Origin: Minisyncoccota bacterium
GTDB taxonomy: Bacteria; Patescibacteriota; Minisyncoccia; Phycocordibacterales; PALSA-1337
NCBI GenBank assembly: GCA_035495115.1
Contig: DATJGJ010000010.1
Location: 2,407-66,406, forward strand
Length of the DNA stretch: 64,000 bases
Direction of reading: 5' to 3'
A program made the translations under genes and the position numbers. Below, piece by piece: positions 19,586 through 29,254 of the stretch. Within the stretch, counting starts at the first letter, position 1; the number at the start of each line of letters is the position of its first letter. The notes beneath the pieces were generated by a model. The model made no database searches. It saw nothing but the letters and a program-made list of their open reading frames with translations, and had not been told where the DNA came from.

Positions 19586-20002
19586 ATGACTACTCCTTCT
19601 ACAGAAGAGGAAGCCGCTATGGCTCTCATTGCCGAGAAGCGCAAGCTGATTGATGATGGCGATGCAATCATGGCTCAACGTATTTGCGTGCGGCACCAAC
19701 TCGTCCTTGAGATTGGTGTTATCAAGAAAAAATACAACATTGCTGTTCATGATCCAGAACGTGAGGCAAATCAAATGGCTGCACTTTGTGCTGTGGCCAA
19801 CGAACATAAAACGCCGTTGTCTATTTTATTGTTTCCATTCAAGCTTATTATTCTTATGTCCCGTCGTTCACAAGGGGAACAGAATAAAAGCAGGATTATT
19901 AATAAAATTTGCTGGAATTGTGGAATTAAGACTCCTGGTGTCGAAGATGAAGCAGGTGGAGGTTTCAGGATTTGTCTCGGTTGCCGAGCTCCACTTTTTT
20001 GA
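19586..20002 (+). CDS. Chorismate mutase (AroQ class)-like domain with a C-terminal CxxC...CxxC zinc ribbon
   Basis: LIAEKRKLIDDGDAIMAQRICVRHQLVLEIGVIKKKYNIAVHDPEREANQM fits the CM_2 pattern (L..R..ID.ID..L...R..L...G..K......DP.RE). The C-terminal CWNCG...CLGC is a zinc-ribbon motif. Confidence 0.45.
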   Translation: MTTPSTEEEAAMALIAEKRKLIDDGDAIMAQRICVRHQLVLEIGVIKKKYNIAVHDPEREANQMAALCAVANEHKTPLSILLFPFKLIILMSRRSQGEQNKSRIINKICWNCGIKTPGVEDEAGGGFRICLGCRAPLF

Positions 20003-20016
20003 ATAATCTTAAACAC

Positions 20017-20049
20017 AAAACGCAGCCTCAACTTGAGACTGCGTTTTTT
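20017..20049. terminator. Bidirectional terminator
   Basis: aacgcagcctcaa...ttgagactgcgtt stem with T-run, between convergent genes. Confidence 0.4.
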
Positions 20050-20070
20050 ATGTGCGCTATTTGTCAAACC

Positions 20071-20670
20071 TTATTTCTTCGCCCTCTTAAAGTTTTCTTC
20101 GATCACTGACCAGTTAAGGTTTGCGAAATAATCTTCCACGTACTGCTTCTTTCCTGATGGCTGGTAGTCTGCGACATATGAGTGTTCCCACATATCGATT
20201 GCGAGGATCATTTCACATCCGTTTAGTTGACCCAAATGTTGCTCGTCTATCCATGATGTAAGTAGACGGTCAGCTTTCTTGTCATACCAGAGTACCATCC
20301 AACCTATGCCACGGGTTGTAGATGCAACTGATTTGAATCCATTGAGAAATTCTTCAAATGGTCCACAGTCAGATTCGATAGCTTTTTTCAATTCGCCATT
20401 TTGATCGATATCTTTCGGTCCCCCTTCGAGAGAAGAAAAATAGACTTCATGATTTCGCATACCATTGTATTCAAAACTAAGTCTGCGTCTGAGCTCGCCC
20501 AATACATATGAATTTGCCTCACGATCCTTTTTGTATTCAAGACGTTTCTCCTCAATCAAGTTCAGGTTTTTTACATAGCCAAGATAGAGATTTATGTGCT
20601 CGCCGATTGTTTTTGCAGATATACCCTTGAGCGTAGGTATTTCAAATTTTTTTGCGGTGAATTGTTTCAT
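20071..20670 (-). CDS. sodA: Fe/Mn superoxide dismutase
   Basis: Conserved DMWEHSY motif near the C-terminus (DMWEH.Y signature of Fe/Mn SODs). 199 aa. Confidence 0.9.
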   Translation of the reverse strand: MKQFTAKKFEIPTLKGISAKTIGEHINLYLGYVKNLNLIEEKRLEYKKDREANSYVLGELRRRLSFEYNGMRNHEVYFSSLEGGPKDIDQNGELKKAIESDCGPFEEFLNGFKSVASTTRGIGWMVLWYDKKADRLLTSWIDEQHLGQLNGCEMILAIDMWEHSYVADYQPSGKKQYVEDYFANLNWSVIEENFKRAKK

Positions 20671-20795
20671 ATGAGTATTGTTTATTAATAATTTGGTTTC
20701 AAATTTAGCCCTATACTTATATTAGTTTACCACTTTTCATATGTACTTGAGAACTTTTTGATTGGTTCTTTATCTTGAACGTATATGATAGCTAG

Positions 20796-21698
20796 GTGAT
20801 TTTGTTTTCAAAAGTACGGCCTACATATATTTTTGTCAGCATAGCGATCATTATTATCGTTTGCACCTATGTATGGTCGATCAGCAAGGCGCCGTCGACG
20901 TTTGAGCTGTATGTTTTCAATACCAAAGGGAAACCCTCGATCTTTATCCGTACGCCCGAGGATGAAAGGATTCTCATCAACGGGGGCGCCAATGGCGATG
21001 TAGTCCGCTATCTGACCAAAACCATTCCTTTCTATTCGAGACGGATAGATGCAGTTATCCTTACAAAAGACGATGGCAATCATGTTACGGGACTCATCGA
21101 TATCATAAATAGATACACAGTCAGATCAGTTATTATTTCAACCCTACCGACGACGAAGTTGGAGTTGGCTAGTTCAACTGATCAGATTTATGCGACATTT
21201 ATGGATACGGCACATGCGCTTGGCATCCCAGTCAAAGAAGTTAGTGGAGGAGATGAATTACATTTCACTGGATTTACCGCGAACATGCTTTTTCCGACAA
21301 ATCCAAATCAAGCCAACCACTCAACAAGTTCAAAAGATTTTACTTATTCAAAAACATCGCCGCCCGAATTGGTTTTGAAAATATCCCACGGCGTAACTTC
21401 TTTTTTGTTGGCAGGGGATAGTAGTACAAAGATTCAAAAATTCCTCGCTCAAAATCGGTCGATAAATATCCAAGCGAATGTTTTAGTTGTTCCTCATAGT
21501 GCATCAGCAAGTTCACTTTCATTGGACTTTATAAATGCAGTTCGGCCAGAATTTATTATCTATTCACAATCTAGTGCTTCTTCAAAATCAAAAAAGACAG
21601 ATCCTCTTTATATGATACTTGATGACCGTCGTTTCAATGTGCAACAAAAAAACACCGTTAAGGTGCTTTCTGACGGAGAGTCCGTGGAGATTATTTGA
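20796..21698 (+). CDS. ComEC C-terminal metallo-beta-lactamase-fold domain protein (separate ORF, degenerate metal-binding motifs). GTG start.
   Basis: N-terminal TM, then ELYVFNTKGKPSIFIRTPEDERILINGGANG, which matches the ComEC MBL domain opening (FLDVGQGDA.LI.TP.G..ILIDGG). The later LLAGDSS...VLVVPHSASASS region corresponds to LLTGD...KVPHHGS. The HxHxDH motif is replaced by TKDDGNH. Confidence 0.6.
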   Translation: MILFSKVRPTYIFVSIAIIIIVCTYVWSISKAPSTFELYVFNTKGKPSIFIRTPEDERILINGGANGDVVRYLTKTIPFYSRRIDAVILTKDDGNHVTGLIDIINRYTVRSVIISTLPTTKLELASSTDQIYATFMDTAHALGIPVKEVSGGDELHFTGFTANMLFPTNPNQANHSTSSKDFTYSKTSPPELVLKISHGVTSFLLAGDSSTKIQKFLAQNRSINIQANVLVVPHSASASSLSLDFINAVRPEFIIYSQSSASSKSKKTDPLYMILDDRRFNVQQKNTVKVLSDGESVEII

Positions 21699-21936
21699 TG
21701 ATACCTGCGTCGCGGAGAGCTTTGAATGGACCTTTCTTTTGGATGGTGCGGAGACCGCGAGCTGAAACAACGAGAGGGAATGATCTCTTGAGTTCAGGAA
21801 CATAAATCTTCTTTTTCTGAAGATTTGGGTAACGGCGGATGTTGCCACAAGGGTTGAACTGAGTCGCACGAGTGCGGTTTGAGTATCGTCCCCCGACGAC
21901 TGATCCTACTTTAGTTATTGCACAGATTCTTGCCAT
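21691..21936 (-). CDS. rpmB: 50S ribosomal protein L28
   Basis: MARICAITKVGSVVGGRYSNRTRATQFNPCGNIRR, an L28 family match. Confidence 0.85.
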   Translation of the reverse strand: MARICAITKVGSVVGGRYSNRTRATQFNPCGNIRRYPNLQKKKIYVPELKRSFPLVVSARGLRTIQKKGPFKALRDAGIIK

Positions 21937-22005
21937 ATAAGTTAATGTCCGGACATCATAGCATTATTCCTATATTCTGCAAGTGCTGATACAATAGAGC
22001 CTCAC

Positions 22006-22617
22006 ATGATCACATTTATTTCAATCGTCATTCTTATATTCTCAGTCATTATCCATGAGGTCTCTCACGGTTATATGGCCAACTATCTCGGCGACCCGAC
22101 AGCCCGTTTGCAGGGAAGACTTACATTAAATCCACTTAAACATATTGATCCTATCGGTTCTATTGTAGTCCCACTTATTACTTCTATATCCGGTTTCACC
22201 TTTGGATGGGCAAAGCCTGTTCCATACAATCCATATAACCTCAAAAATCGACGAATCGGAGAGCTCCTGATTGCTATGGCAGGGCCCGCATCGAATATTT
22301 CAATTGCGCTCATATTCAGCCTGGTCATCCGTTATGCCGTTGGGCATTTTGCAGTCACGCCGGGGCTGAACTCATTTATCGAGGTAACGTCATATATAGT
22401 AGTCATCAATATCGTCTTGGCTATTTTCAATCTCATACCGCTCCCGCCGCTCGACGGATCGAAGCTCCTTTTTTCACTTTTGCCGAACAGCCTTTTCCGT
22501 GTCAGGAATATCCTTGAAGCTTATGCGCCTATCTGGGTGCTCATCGTCGTTATATTTGTTTGGCAGTTTATCTCGCCTATAGTGCCGTATGTCTTCAGAG
22601 TGTTTACAGGCCTTTAG
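22006..22617 (+). CDS. Site-2 protease family (peptidase M50) membrane zinc metalloprotease
   Basis: HEVSHGYMANYLGD HExxH in a TM helix, NLIPLPPLDG LDG motif, and multiple TM segments. Confidence 0.7.
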   Translation: MITFISIVILIFSVIIHEVSHGYMANYLGDPTARLQGRLTLNPLKHIDPIGSIVVPLITSISGFTFGWAKPVPYNPYNLKNRRIGELLIAMAGPASNISIALIFSLVIRYAVGHFAVTPGLNSFIEVTSYIVVINIVLAIFNLIPLPPLDGSKLLFSLLPNSLFRVRNILEAYAPIWVLIVVIFVWQFISPIVPYVFRVFTGL

Positions 22618-22786
22618 CGCTATGTTATAGTCCCTCCACTGTCTTTCGGGGCCTCAAAACCTCGAAGATCGGTACATTATTCAGGCAAGAATGAGTAATC
22701 GCCCAAGCCAATCCTCGCTTTCGTGAGGAAACTCAAGGCTTCAGCGGTGAAGAATTCAGGATTGCCACAATTTAATAAGCATATTA

Positions 22787-23206
22787 ATGCCTACAATTAA
22801 CCAGCTCACCAAGAGAGGTCGTGTTCAATTCAAGCGTAAGAGTAAGTCTATTGCACTCACTCGTACCTTCAATAGTATTGAAAACCGCCCATCATTTTAT
22901 CCAGCACCATTCAAACGCGGTGTATGTGTCAAAGTAACTACAAAGACACCAAAGAAGCCTAACTCAGCTATCCGCAAGATCGCTCGTGTTCGTCTTTCAA
23001 ATGGTATCGAAGTCACTGCATACGTTCCAGGCGAAGGTCATAACCTCCAGGAACACTCAGTGGTTCTCCTCCGTGGCGGTCGCGTCAAAGACGTCGGTCT
23101 CCGTTACTCAGTCGTTCGTGGCGTGCTCGATGCAGCAGGCGTAGAAAAGCGTCGTAAAGGTCGCAGCCAATATGGTAACAAGAAGCCAAAGGCAGCAAAG
23201 GCTTAG
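22787..23206 (+). CDS. rpsL: 30S ribosomal protein S12
   Basis: MPTINQL...PKKPNSA(I/L)RK...LRGGRVKD, a canonical S12. Confidence 0.95.
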   Translation: MPTINQLTKRGRVQFKRKSKSIALTRTFNSIENRPSFYPAPFKRGVCVKVTTKTPKKPNSAIRKIARVRLSNGIEVTAYVPGEGHNLQEHSVVLLRGGRVKDVGLRYSVVRGVLDAAGVEKRRKGRSQYGNKKPKAAKA

Positions 23207-23236
23207 TTCCATCTACTATTTAATTAATCTACTACT

Positions 23237-23707
23237 ATGCGAAGAAAGAAAAATATAAAGCGCGACCTTAGACCTGATGCGCAGTTTGATTCTCTCAAGG
23301 TTTCAAAGCTCATCAACTACGTCATGCAAGAAGGTAAGAAAAACACAGCACGTACTATCGTTTACGATTGTATGAATGCTATCAAGGATCAGGCTAAAGT
23401 AGAGAACCCTATCGAAGTCTTCGAATTGGCTCTCAAAAATACGACTCCAGCTATGGAAGTTCGTTCACGCCGTGTCGGTGGTGCCAACTATCAGGTTCCT
23501 CGCGAAGTCCGTCCAGAGCGTAAGAACGCTCTCTCTATGAAATGGATCGTCGAAGCAGCTCGCGGCAAGAAGGGAAAGCCTATGCACCTCAAGCTCGCTG
23601 ATGAGATTATCGCCGCTTCAAAGAATGAAGGTGAAGCAGTCAAGAAGCGTGAGAACGTCCACAAGATGGCTGAAGCTAACAAGGCTTTTGCTCACTTTGC
23701 GTGGTAA
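23237..23707 (+). CDS. rpsG: 30S ribosomal protein S7
   Basis: 156-aa S7 family, in the conserved position after rpsL. Confidence 0.95.
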   Translation: MRRKKNIKRDLRPDAQFDSLKVSKLINYVMQEGKKNTARTIVYDCMNAIKDQAKVENPIEVFELALKNTTPAMEVRSRRVGGANYQVPREVRPERKNALSMKWIVEAARGKKGKPMHLKLADEIIAASKNEGEAVKKRENVHKMAEANKAFAHFAW

Positions 23708-23742
23708 GTTCGAACGATTTAAATCTGTTTTAGGAAAAAAAG

Positions 23743-23775
23743 AAACCGAGGCATCCTGCGATGTCTCGGTTTTTT
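23743..23775 (+). terminator. Rho-independent terminator after rpsG
   Basis: ccgaggcatc-ctgc-gatgtctcgg stem followed by T6. Confidence 0.6.
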
Positions 23776-23789
23776 GGTGCTGTGCTTCA

Positions 23790-24113
23790 CTAAGCGGCGA
23801 CAAAGTATGGCTTGAAAGCGGGGTGTTGTTCCTGAAGCCAGTGACAGAGGCTCTGGAGTGCCCAGAGTGATTTTTCGCCGAGGGGCGTATCTCGCGATAT
23901 GGTCTTGAACTGCTCTCCCCCGATGAGGACAATGTCGTTCTCGGTGCACATGATCTCGGAGATTTCCGTGACTTGCTGTATGCCCGATGCGTAGATACAC
24001 TCTGGTATCCGGCCTTCATTCTTGAGGAATTGCAGGATTCGAGCGACCGTCATTATATCTTCGTAGGTCATCTTCGGCACCTCGGTCGCTGTTTGACTAT
24101 TAGTCGCACTCAT
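23790..24113 (-). CDS. Hypothetical protein
   Basis: 107-aa ORF inserted between rpsG and fusA on the opposite strand. No recognisable domain. Confidence 0.3.
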   Translation of the reverse strand: MSATNSQTATEVPKMTYEDIMTVARILQFLKNEGRIPECIYASGIQQVTEISEIMCTENDIVLIGGEQFKTISRDTPLGEKSLWALQSLCHWLQEQHPAFKPYFVAA

Positions 24114-24414
24114 ATATTAGGCTCCTTTCTTGAGTTTGGTTGATGGTGTGCTACTTTGAAATGAGTATATCATATTAAAACATAAAAATCAATGAGTGTC
24201 TATTTACGAACGCATAGGTTCATACTCTTGAGAGGGAACAAAAAGAGCAGGGGAAGGATATTGAGGCTATCTATATTGCTGTGAGCAAGCTTTTAAAGTA
24301 GAAAGATAAGCTGACAAGTGTGGTTGGGTTTGTGGCTTAAAGTTATTAACTTTTAGTAAATTGCCAGTTTACAATAGTAGTGTTACTTTTGAGATATTGG
24401 GCTAGTTAAACAAC

Positions 24415-25239
24415 GTGAAAAAATATCCATTTATAATATTTTTAGCATTTCTTATACCAACTACAACTTATGCAGTTTGGTATAATCCTGCAACATGGTT
24501 TTCTAATAGTAATCCTGACAACAATGAACTCCTGCAGAGAGTGGCTGATCTCGAAAAGAAACTGTCTGATAAAGCCGATGTTACCCCAAATGTTTCAATG
24601 GAAGTTAAGAATAGTAATAATACAAGTACAACTACTATTAGTGAAAATAGTAAGATGACATCTTTAAAAGCAGAAGTTTCATTACTAGAAAATAAATTAA
24701 ATGATTTGCAAGTCAAATATAATATATGTTCGAATCAGATAATGAAAAATGGCTCAATAAACAAAGCTGTTCCAGTGGCAGTTTCTACAGATTCAAACAT
24801 CGTTCAACTGAACAAACCTTATGATTACAAAAATTATCCAGAAATTAACATCAAGGATTATGTTAAAAGTCCGCTAAAATGGATGGGTTGGGGTGTTGAT
24901 GTTATAACAGTGAACATTGTTGATTTTATTGCTGCTGGCAATTTAGAACAGCATAACTACTTGCTGATTTCTGATGCAACGAGTGATTCTGTTATCCCTG
25001 AAAAGATGATTGTTGAAGTTGATGATCAAACAGATTGGGATAATATAACAGCTCTCAAGAAGGGTGCATTAGTAAGTGTATACGGAATAGGTGCTTCAAG
25101 TCAGAAATTTAAGATAGGCGTATCTGACTCAGACAGTACTTATTATCCAGTTATTAAGCTACAAATGCTCAGCAAGTGTACTCTTGGTGGAAACTGCGGA
25201 GCTGATTCAACTGTTTGGGTTACGGGTAGGTTTCATTAA
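24415..25239 (+). CDS. Secreted hypothetical protein (signal peptide, coiled coil, C-terminal beta-rich domain)
   Basis: N-terminal MKKYPFIIFLAFLIPTTTYA signal peptide, a coiled-coil segment (LQRVADLEKKLSDK...LENKLNDLQVKY), and an AT-rich local composition. Confidence 0.5.
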   Translation: MKKYPFIIFLAFLIPTTTYAVWYNPATWFSNSNPDNNELLQRVADLEKKLSDKADVTPNVSMEVKNSNNTSTTTISENSKMTSLKAEVSLLENKLNDLQVKYNICSNQIMKNGSINKAVPVAVSTDSNIVQLNKPYDYKNYPEINIKDYVKSPLKWMGWGVDVITVNIVDFIAAGNLEQHNYLLISDATSDSVIPEKMIVEVDDQTDWDNITALKKGALVSVYGIGASSQKFKIGVSDSDSTYYPVIKLQMLSKCTLGGNCGADSTVWVTGRFH

Positions 25240-25368
25240 TTTAATTTGCCAATTTCCATCATTTCCTGTACATTATCCCTTACTAAAGGCGACTCGCTTT
25301 TTTAATTTATCATCAATTTTTGAGCCACATTTATCATAAACGGCATCAAATTTTAAGAAAACAACACC

Positions 25369-27534
25369 ATGCAACGCGATTACCCACTTGAGAGAATGCG
25401 AAACTTTGGAATCATCGCTCACATCGATGCCGGCAAGACGACGACATCAGAGCGTATCCTCTATTACACCGGTATGATCCACAAGATCGGTGAAGTTCAC
25501 GAAGGTGAAACAACCACTGACTGGATGGAACAGGAGCGTGAACGCGGCATCACTATCACAGCTGCTGCCATCACGTGTTTCTGGAACCCAACCTATATGC
25601 GCGGACTCAAAGGCGCAGATGGCAAAGATGATGTTTCAAAGAAAGTTCGTTTCAACATCATCGATACACCAGGACACATCGACTTTACGGTAGAAGTGAA
25701 GCGTTCTCTTCGTGTGCTCGACGGCGCAGTCGTAGTTTTCGACGGTGTGGCAGGTGTTGAGCCACAGTCTGAGACAAACTGGCGCTATGCCGATGAAGCT
25801 AATGTTCCACGCCTCTGTTTCATCAACAAAATGGACCGTATGGGCGCATCATTTGAAAAGTCATTCAAGTCGATTCTCGATCGATTGAATAAAAACGCCG
25901 TTCGCTTCCAGCTTCCGATCGGAACAGAGGCAGATCACCATGGCGTTGTCGACCTCCTCCGAATGAAGGCATACACCTTCTCAGGTGAAAAGGGTATCGA
26001 TATCATCGAAAGCGAAGTTCCAGCTGATATGCTCGAAGAGGCAAAGAAGTATCGTGCTGAGATGATAGAAAAGGTCGTCGAAACAGATGATGTTGCTATG
26101 CAGAACTTCCTCGATGGAAAGGAAATTTCAATCGATGAATTCAAGAAAGTCTGTCGCAAGGCTGTCATCGCCAACAAGATCTTCCCAGTCTTCACGGGTT
26201 CAGCTCTCAAGAACGTCGGTGTCCAGCTTGTGCTTGACGCAGTCGTCGACTATCTCCCATCACCACTTGATATGCCAGCTATCAAAGGCATCGATCCAAA
26301 CACAGGTGCAGAGATCGAGCGTCATGCATCAGACGCTGAGCCTTTCTCAGCTCTCGCATTCAAACTCCAGAACGATCCATTCGTCGGTGCTCTGACCTTC
26401 TTCCGTGTGTACTCAGGTACTATCGAAGCGGGCACATATATCTACAATGCATCAACTGGCAAGAAAGAGCGCCTCGGCCGCATCGTTCGTCTTCAAGCTG
26501 ACAAGCGCGAAGAAGTAAAGAAAGTTTTTGCTGGCGAAATCGCAGCCGCTGTCGGTCTCAAGGATGCGCTTACCTCACACACGTTCTGTGATGAAGACAA
26601 GCCTATCATCCTCGAAAAGATCAAATTCATGGAACCGGTTATCTCTCTCCGTATCGAACCAAAGACAAAGGCCGATCAAGAGAAAATGGGTCTTGCGCTC
26701 CGCAAGCTCGGTAATGAAGATCCAACATTCCGTGTTTCTAGTAACCAAGAGACAGGTGAGACGATCATCTCAGGTATGGGAGAACTCCACCTTGAAATCA
26801 TGGTTGATCGTATGAAGCGCGAGTTCACTGTCGAGGCCAATGTTGGTAAGCCACAAGTGGCATATCGCGAAACAATCCTTGGTTCTGCTGAAGCTGAACA
26901 TAAGTACGTCAAGCAGACCGGTGGTAAGGGTCAGTATGGTCACGTCAAACTCAACATCAAGCCTATGCAGCCATGGCCAGAAGGCGAGAAAGTTCCAAAG
27001 AACGTCAGTAACTATGATGACTTCCGTTTCATCAACTCTATCACTGGCGGTGCTATCCCAGGCGAATTCATCCCTGCAGTAGAAAAGGGTGTTCATGAAG
27101 CTATGGATCGCGGTATCCTTGCTGGTTTCAAGCTCGTTAACATCGAGTGTGAATTGACCTACGGTTCATACCACGACGTCGACTCGTCAGAAATCGCCTA
27201 CAAGATCGCTGCTTCACAAGCATTCCAGGATGCATGTAAGCGCGCAAAGCCAGTTATCCTCGAACCTATTATGAAGCTCGAAGTCGTCTGTCCAGAAAAA
27301 TATATGGGTGACGTCATCGGCTCTATCTCATCGAAGCGTGGTCTTATCGAAGGTTCAGAGCCAAAGGGTCAGAACCTCGCTATCCATGCCAAAGTTCCAT
27401 TGTCAGAAATGTTCGGTTATACCACTGATCTTCGTTCTATGACTTCAGGTCAAGGAAGTGCTCAGATGGAATTCGATCACTATGATGTGGTTCCAAAGAA
27501 CGTTGAGACCGAGATCATCGAGAAGAAAAAATAA
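25369..27534 (+). CDS. fusA: Elongation factor G
   Basis: [16 protein letters not shown]-domain and full five-domain EF-G. Carries a short G-domain insertion ([16 protein letters not shown]). Confidence 0.95.
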   Translation: MQRDYPLERMRNFGIIAHIDAGKTTTSERILYYTGMIHKIGEVHEGETTTDWMEQERERGITITAAAITCFWNPTYMRGLKGADGKDDVSKKVRFNIIDTPGHIDFTVEVKRSLRVLDGAVVVFDGVAGVEPQSETNWRYADEANVPRLCFINKMDRMGASFEKSFKSILDRLNKNAVRFQLPIGTEADHHGVVDLLRMKAYTFSGEKGIDIIESEVPADMLEEAKKYRAEMIEKVVETDDVAMQNFLDGKEISIDEFKKVCRKAVIANKIFPVFTGSALKNVGVQLVLDAVVDYLPSPLDMPAIKGIDPNTGAEIERHASDAEPFSALAFKLQNDPFVGALTFFRVYSGTIEAGTYIYNASTGKKERLGRIVRLQADKREEVKKVFAGEIAAAVGLKDALTSHTFCDEDKPIILEKIKFMEPVISLRIEPKTKADQEKMGLALRKLGNEDPTFRVSSNQETGETIISGMGELHLEIMVDRMKREFTVEANVGKPQVAYRETILGSAEAEHKYVKQTGGKGQYGHVKLNIKPMQPWPEGEKVPKNVSNYDDFRFINSITGGAIPGEFIPAVEKGVHEAMDRGILAGFKLVNIECELTYGSYHDVDSSEIAYKIAASQAFQDACKRAKPVILEPIMKLEVVCPEKYMGDVIGSISSKRGLIEGSEPKGQNLAIHAKVPLSEMFGYTTDLRSMTSGQGSAQMEFDHYDVVPKNVETEIIEKKK

Positions 27535-27628
27535 TTGAAATAGAAAACCGGTCTCATGGCCGGTTTTTTATTTGTGGATAACTTAGTTTGCGTGAAGCTA
27601 TAATCGCGCTATACTGTTCCCAACTACC

Positions 27629-27656
27629 CAAGCACGTGTCGAAAGACACGTGCTTG
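27629..27656 (+). promoter_or_regulatory. Perfect 12-bp-stem palindrome (operator or 5'UTR hairpin) upstream of a secreted-protein gene
   Basis: caagcacgtgtc-gaaa-gacacgtgcttg, located between a TATAAT box (27599-27604) and the ATG at 27688. Confidence 0.45.
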
Positions 27657-27687
27657 TCTCGTTATTAATTAATTAAAGCAAATTATC

Positions 27688-28230
27688 ATGACCATGTTCG
27701 GCAAAAACTTAAAATACATTCTCATTCTTGCGGCTCTGGCGATCCTCACTTTCACGAACCGCGCAGTGCTCGATGCTATATCAAGTGGCATGGCATATAC
27801 ACAAGAACAAGCTGCTGTCGGAGATATCTTCGGACACGCTCGTCCAGGATTTAGTTTTAGAGATTTATTCAGGGTAGAGGTTCGAGACAGCAGAGTATCT
27901 AGTTCATTGATGATGAGAGGCTTTGCGAGCACGACACGACCGATGATGTATGCCACATCGACGCGTCCTCTAGGCGACAAGCCAGAAGGAAAAGAGCAGG
28001 ATCGCCGCCTGACTCCTGAACAAGTCATCACTATTCTTTTTAAAGCGGGGATCATTCCACAAAATAAACTTGATCAAGCACGAAGGATTATCAATGGGGC
28101 ACACATGAGCTCCACCACAATGGGTATGGTGATTCGCGAAGAAGTCGAAGATAAAATAGGTACGAGTACGCGCATGATGCCGCCTCCACCACCATTACCA
28201 CCTGAAGGGTCAACAACTATTCCGTTATAA
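27688..28230 (+). CDS. Secreted hypothetical protein with a C-terminal poly-Pro segment
   Basis: Signal-peptide-like N-terminus KYILILAALAILTF, and a C-terminal MMPPPPPLPPEG segment. Confidence 0.4.
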   Translation: MTMFGKNLKYILILAALAILTFTNRAVLDAISSGMAYTQEQAAVGDIFGHARPGFSFRDLFRVEVRDSRVSSSLMMRGFASTTRPMMYATSTRPLGDKPEGKEQDRRLTPEQVITILFKAGIIPQNKLDQARRIINGAHMSSTTMGMVIREEVEDKIGTSTRMMPPPPPLPPEGSTTIPL

Positions 28231-28273
28231 CAATATATAACGCAACAATAAAACTCCGAATACGTGCGGAGTT

Positions 28274-29092
28274 TTATTGTCTCGGAAATTCATTGATGAG
28301 CTCATTCGAATAGTAAAACCTGCCAGCCAAATCTCCAAAGCTATATGTAGTTGAACCGAGAGTGATGGCTGCGCCACCGCTTTCCGGATTCTGATGTGGA
28401 TGCGAATTTTGGAAACCGATATTAAAGAGCGTTGCAAGTATCTCTGGTCTGTCAGATATATCGACGCCAGCTTTATCCCATTGCGATATCAGTTCTTTGA
28501 GCGCACATGCGCCATACAGATATGAATAGTATCGGTCATGTTCATCAGTCAATCGGGCAAATCGCTCGGCATCTTTGTCTGTCGTAGTAGCAGGGTAGTC
28601 GAGGGTGTGCGCTGAAACATTTCCAATATACCAAGGCGAAGCAGTGTCAGTGAGGTTGTTCTCAATCTGTATAGCTGTATCTTGTTTGATACCCATTACA
28701 CCCCATGAGAATTGAGATTGTGTGCCAAGGATTTTGAGTGGAGCAAAGACAGATTTGAATATTTCACGGTCAGAATGAAAAAGACGCAGCTGTTCTACGA
28801 TGAGAGTGGAAACGATAAACCGGGGAGGTATACCAACGACAGCTGCCGCCCGATTGATGGTAGGAACATCTTTGAGAATAGCTTCCTTCAATACGTTCCA
28901 CTCCTCTTCATTCTGCCAAGCATCAAGAGTGCTCGTAGCATTTTTGAAATAATCATGTTGTCTATCGATGATACCGGATGTTTTGGTTAGGCCGAGCTCA
29001 ACTGCACCATATACGGTAACAAGGAGAAAGCCGATAATGGCAAATATATAGATGATGACAGAGAATGCTCGTTTCATGTGTTGATTAGCCAC
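28274..29092 (-). CDS. Membrane-anchored hypothetical protein
   Basis: N-terminal TM (FSVIIYIFAIIGFLLVTVYG). The roughly 250-aa extracytoplasmic domain has no confident family match. Confidence 0.45.
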   Translation of the reverse strand: MANQHMKRAFSVIIYIFAIIGFLLVTVYGAVELGLTKTSGIIDRQHDYFKNATSTLDAWQNEEEWNVLKEAILKDVPTINRAAAVVGIPPRFIVSTLIVEQLRLFHSDREIFKSVFAPLKILGTQSQFSWGVMGIKQDTAIQIENNLTDTASPWYIGNVSAHTLDYPATTTDKDAERFARLTDEHDRYYSYLYGACALKELISQWDKAGVDISDRPEILATLFNIGFQNSHPHQNPESGGAAITLGSTTYSFGDLAGRFYYSNELINEFPRQ

Positions 29093-29254
29093 ACTATATC
29101 ACAGGGTATTTGTTTGTGGATAACTTCGCTTGGCATTTCTGAGAATAGAGATATAATTATCTCACTACCTAAGACGTGTCATCACTGGCAGGTCTTTTTC
29201 TATTTTACTTATTCGAAACAAGTGAATAGAAACTTAATCAATTAATATAGGTTA

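Noticed and set aside
22618-22786. 165-nt leader upstream of rpsL as a possible structured regulatory RNA
   Set aside because: Only weak, imperfect complementarities could be found by eye. Nothing resembles a known r-protein leader, so it is not reported as a feature.
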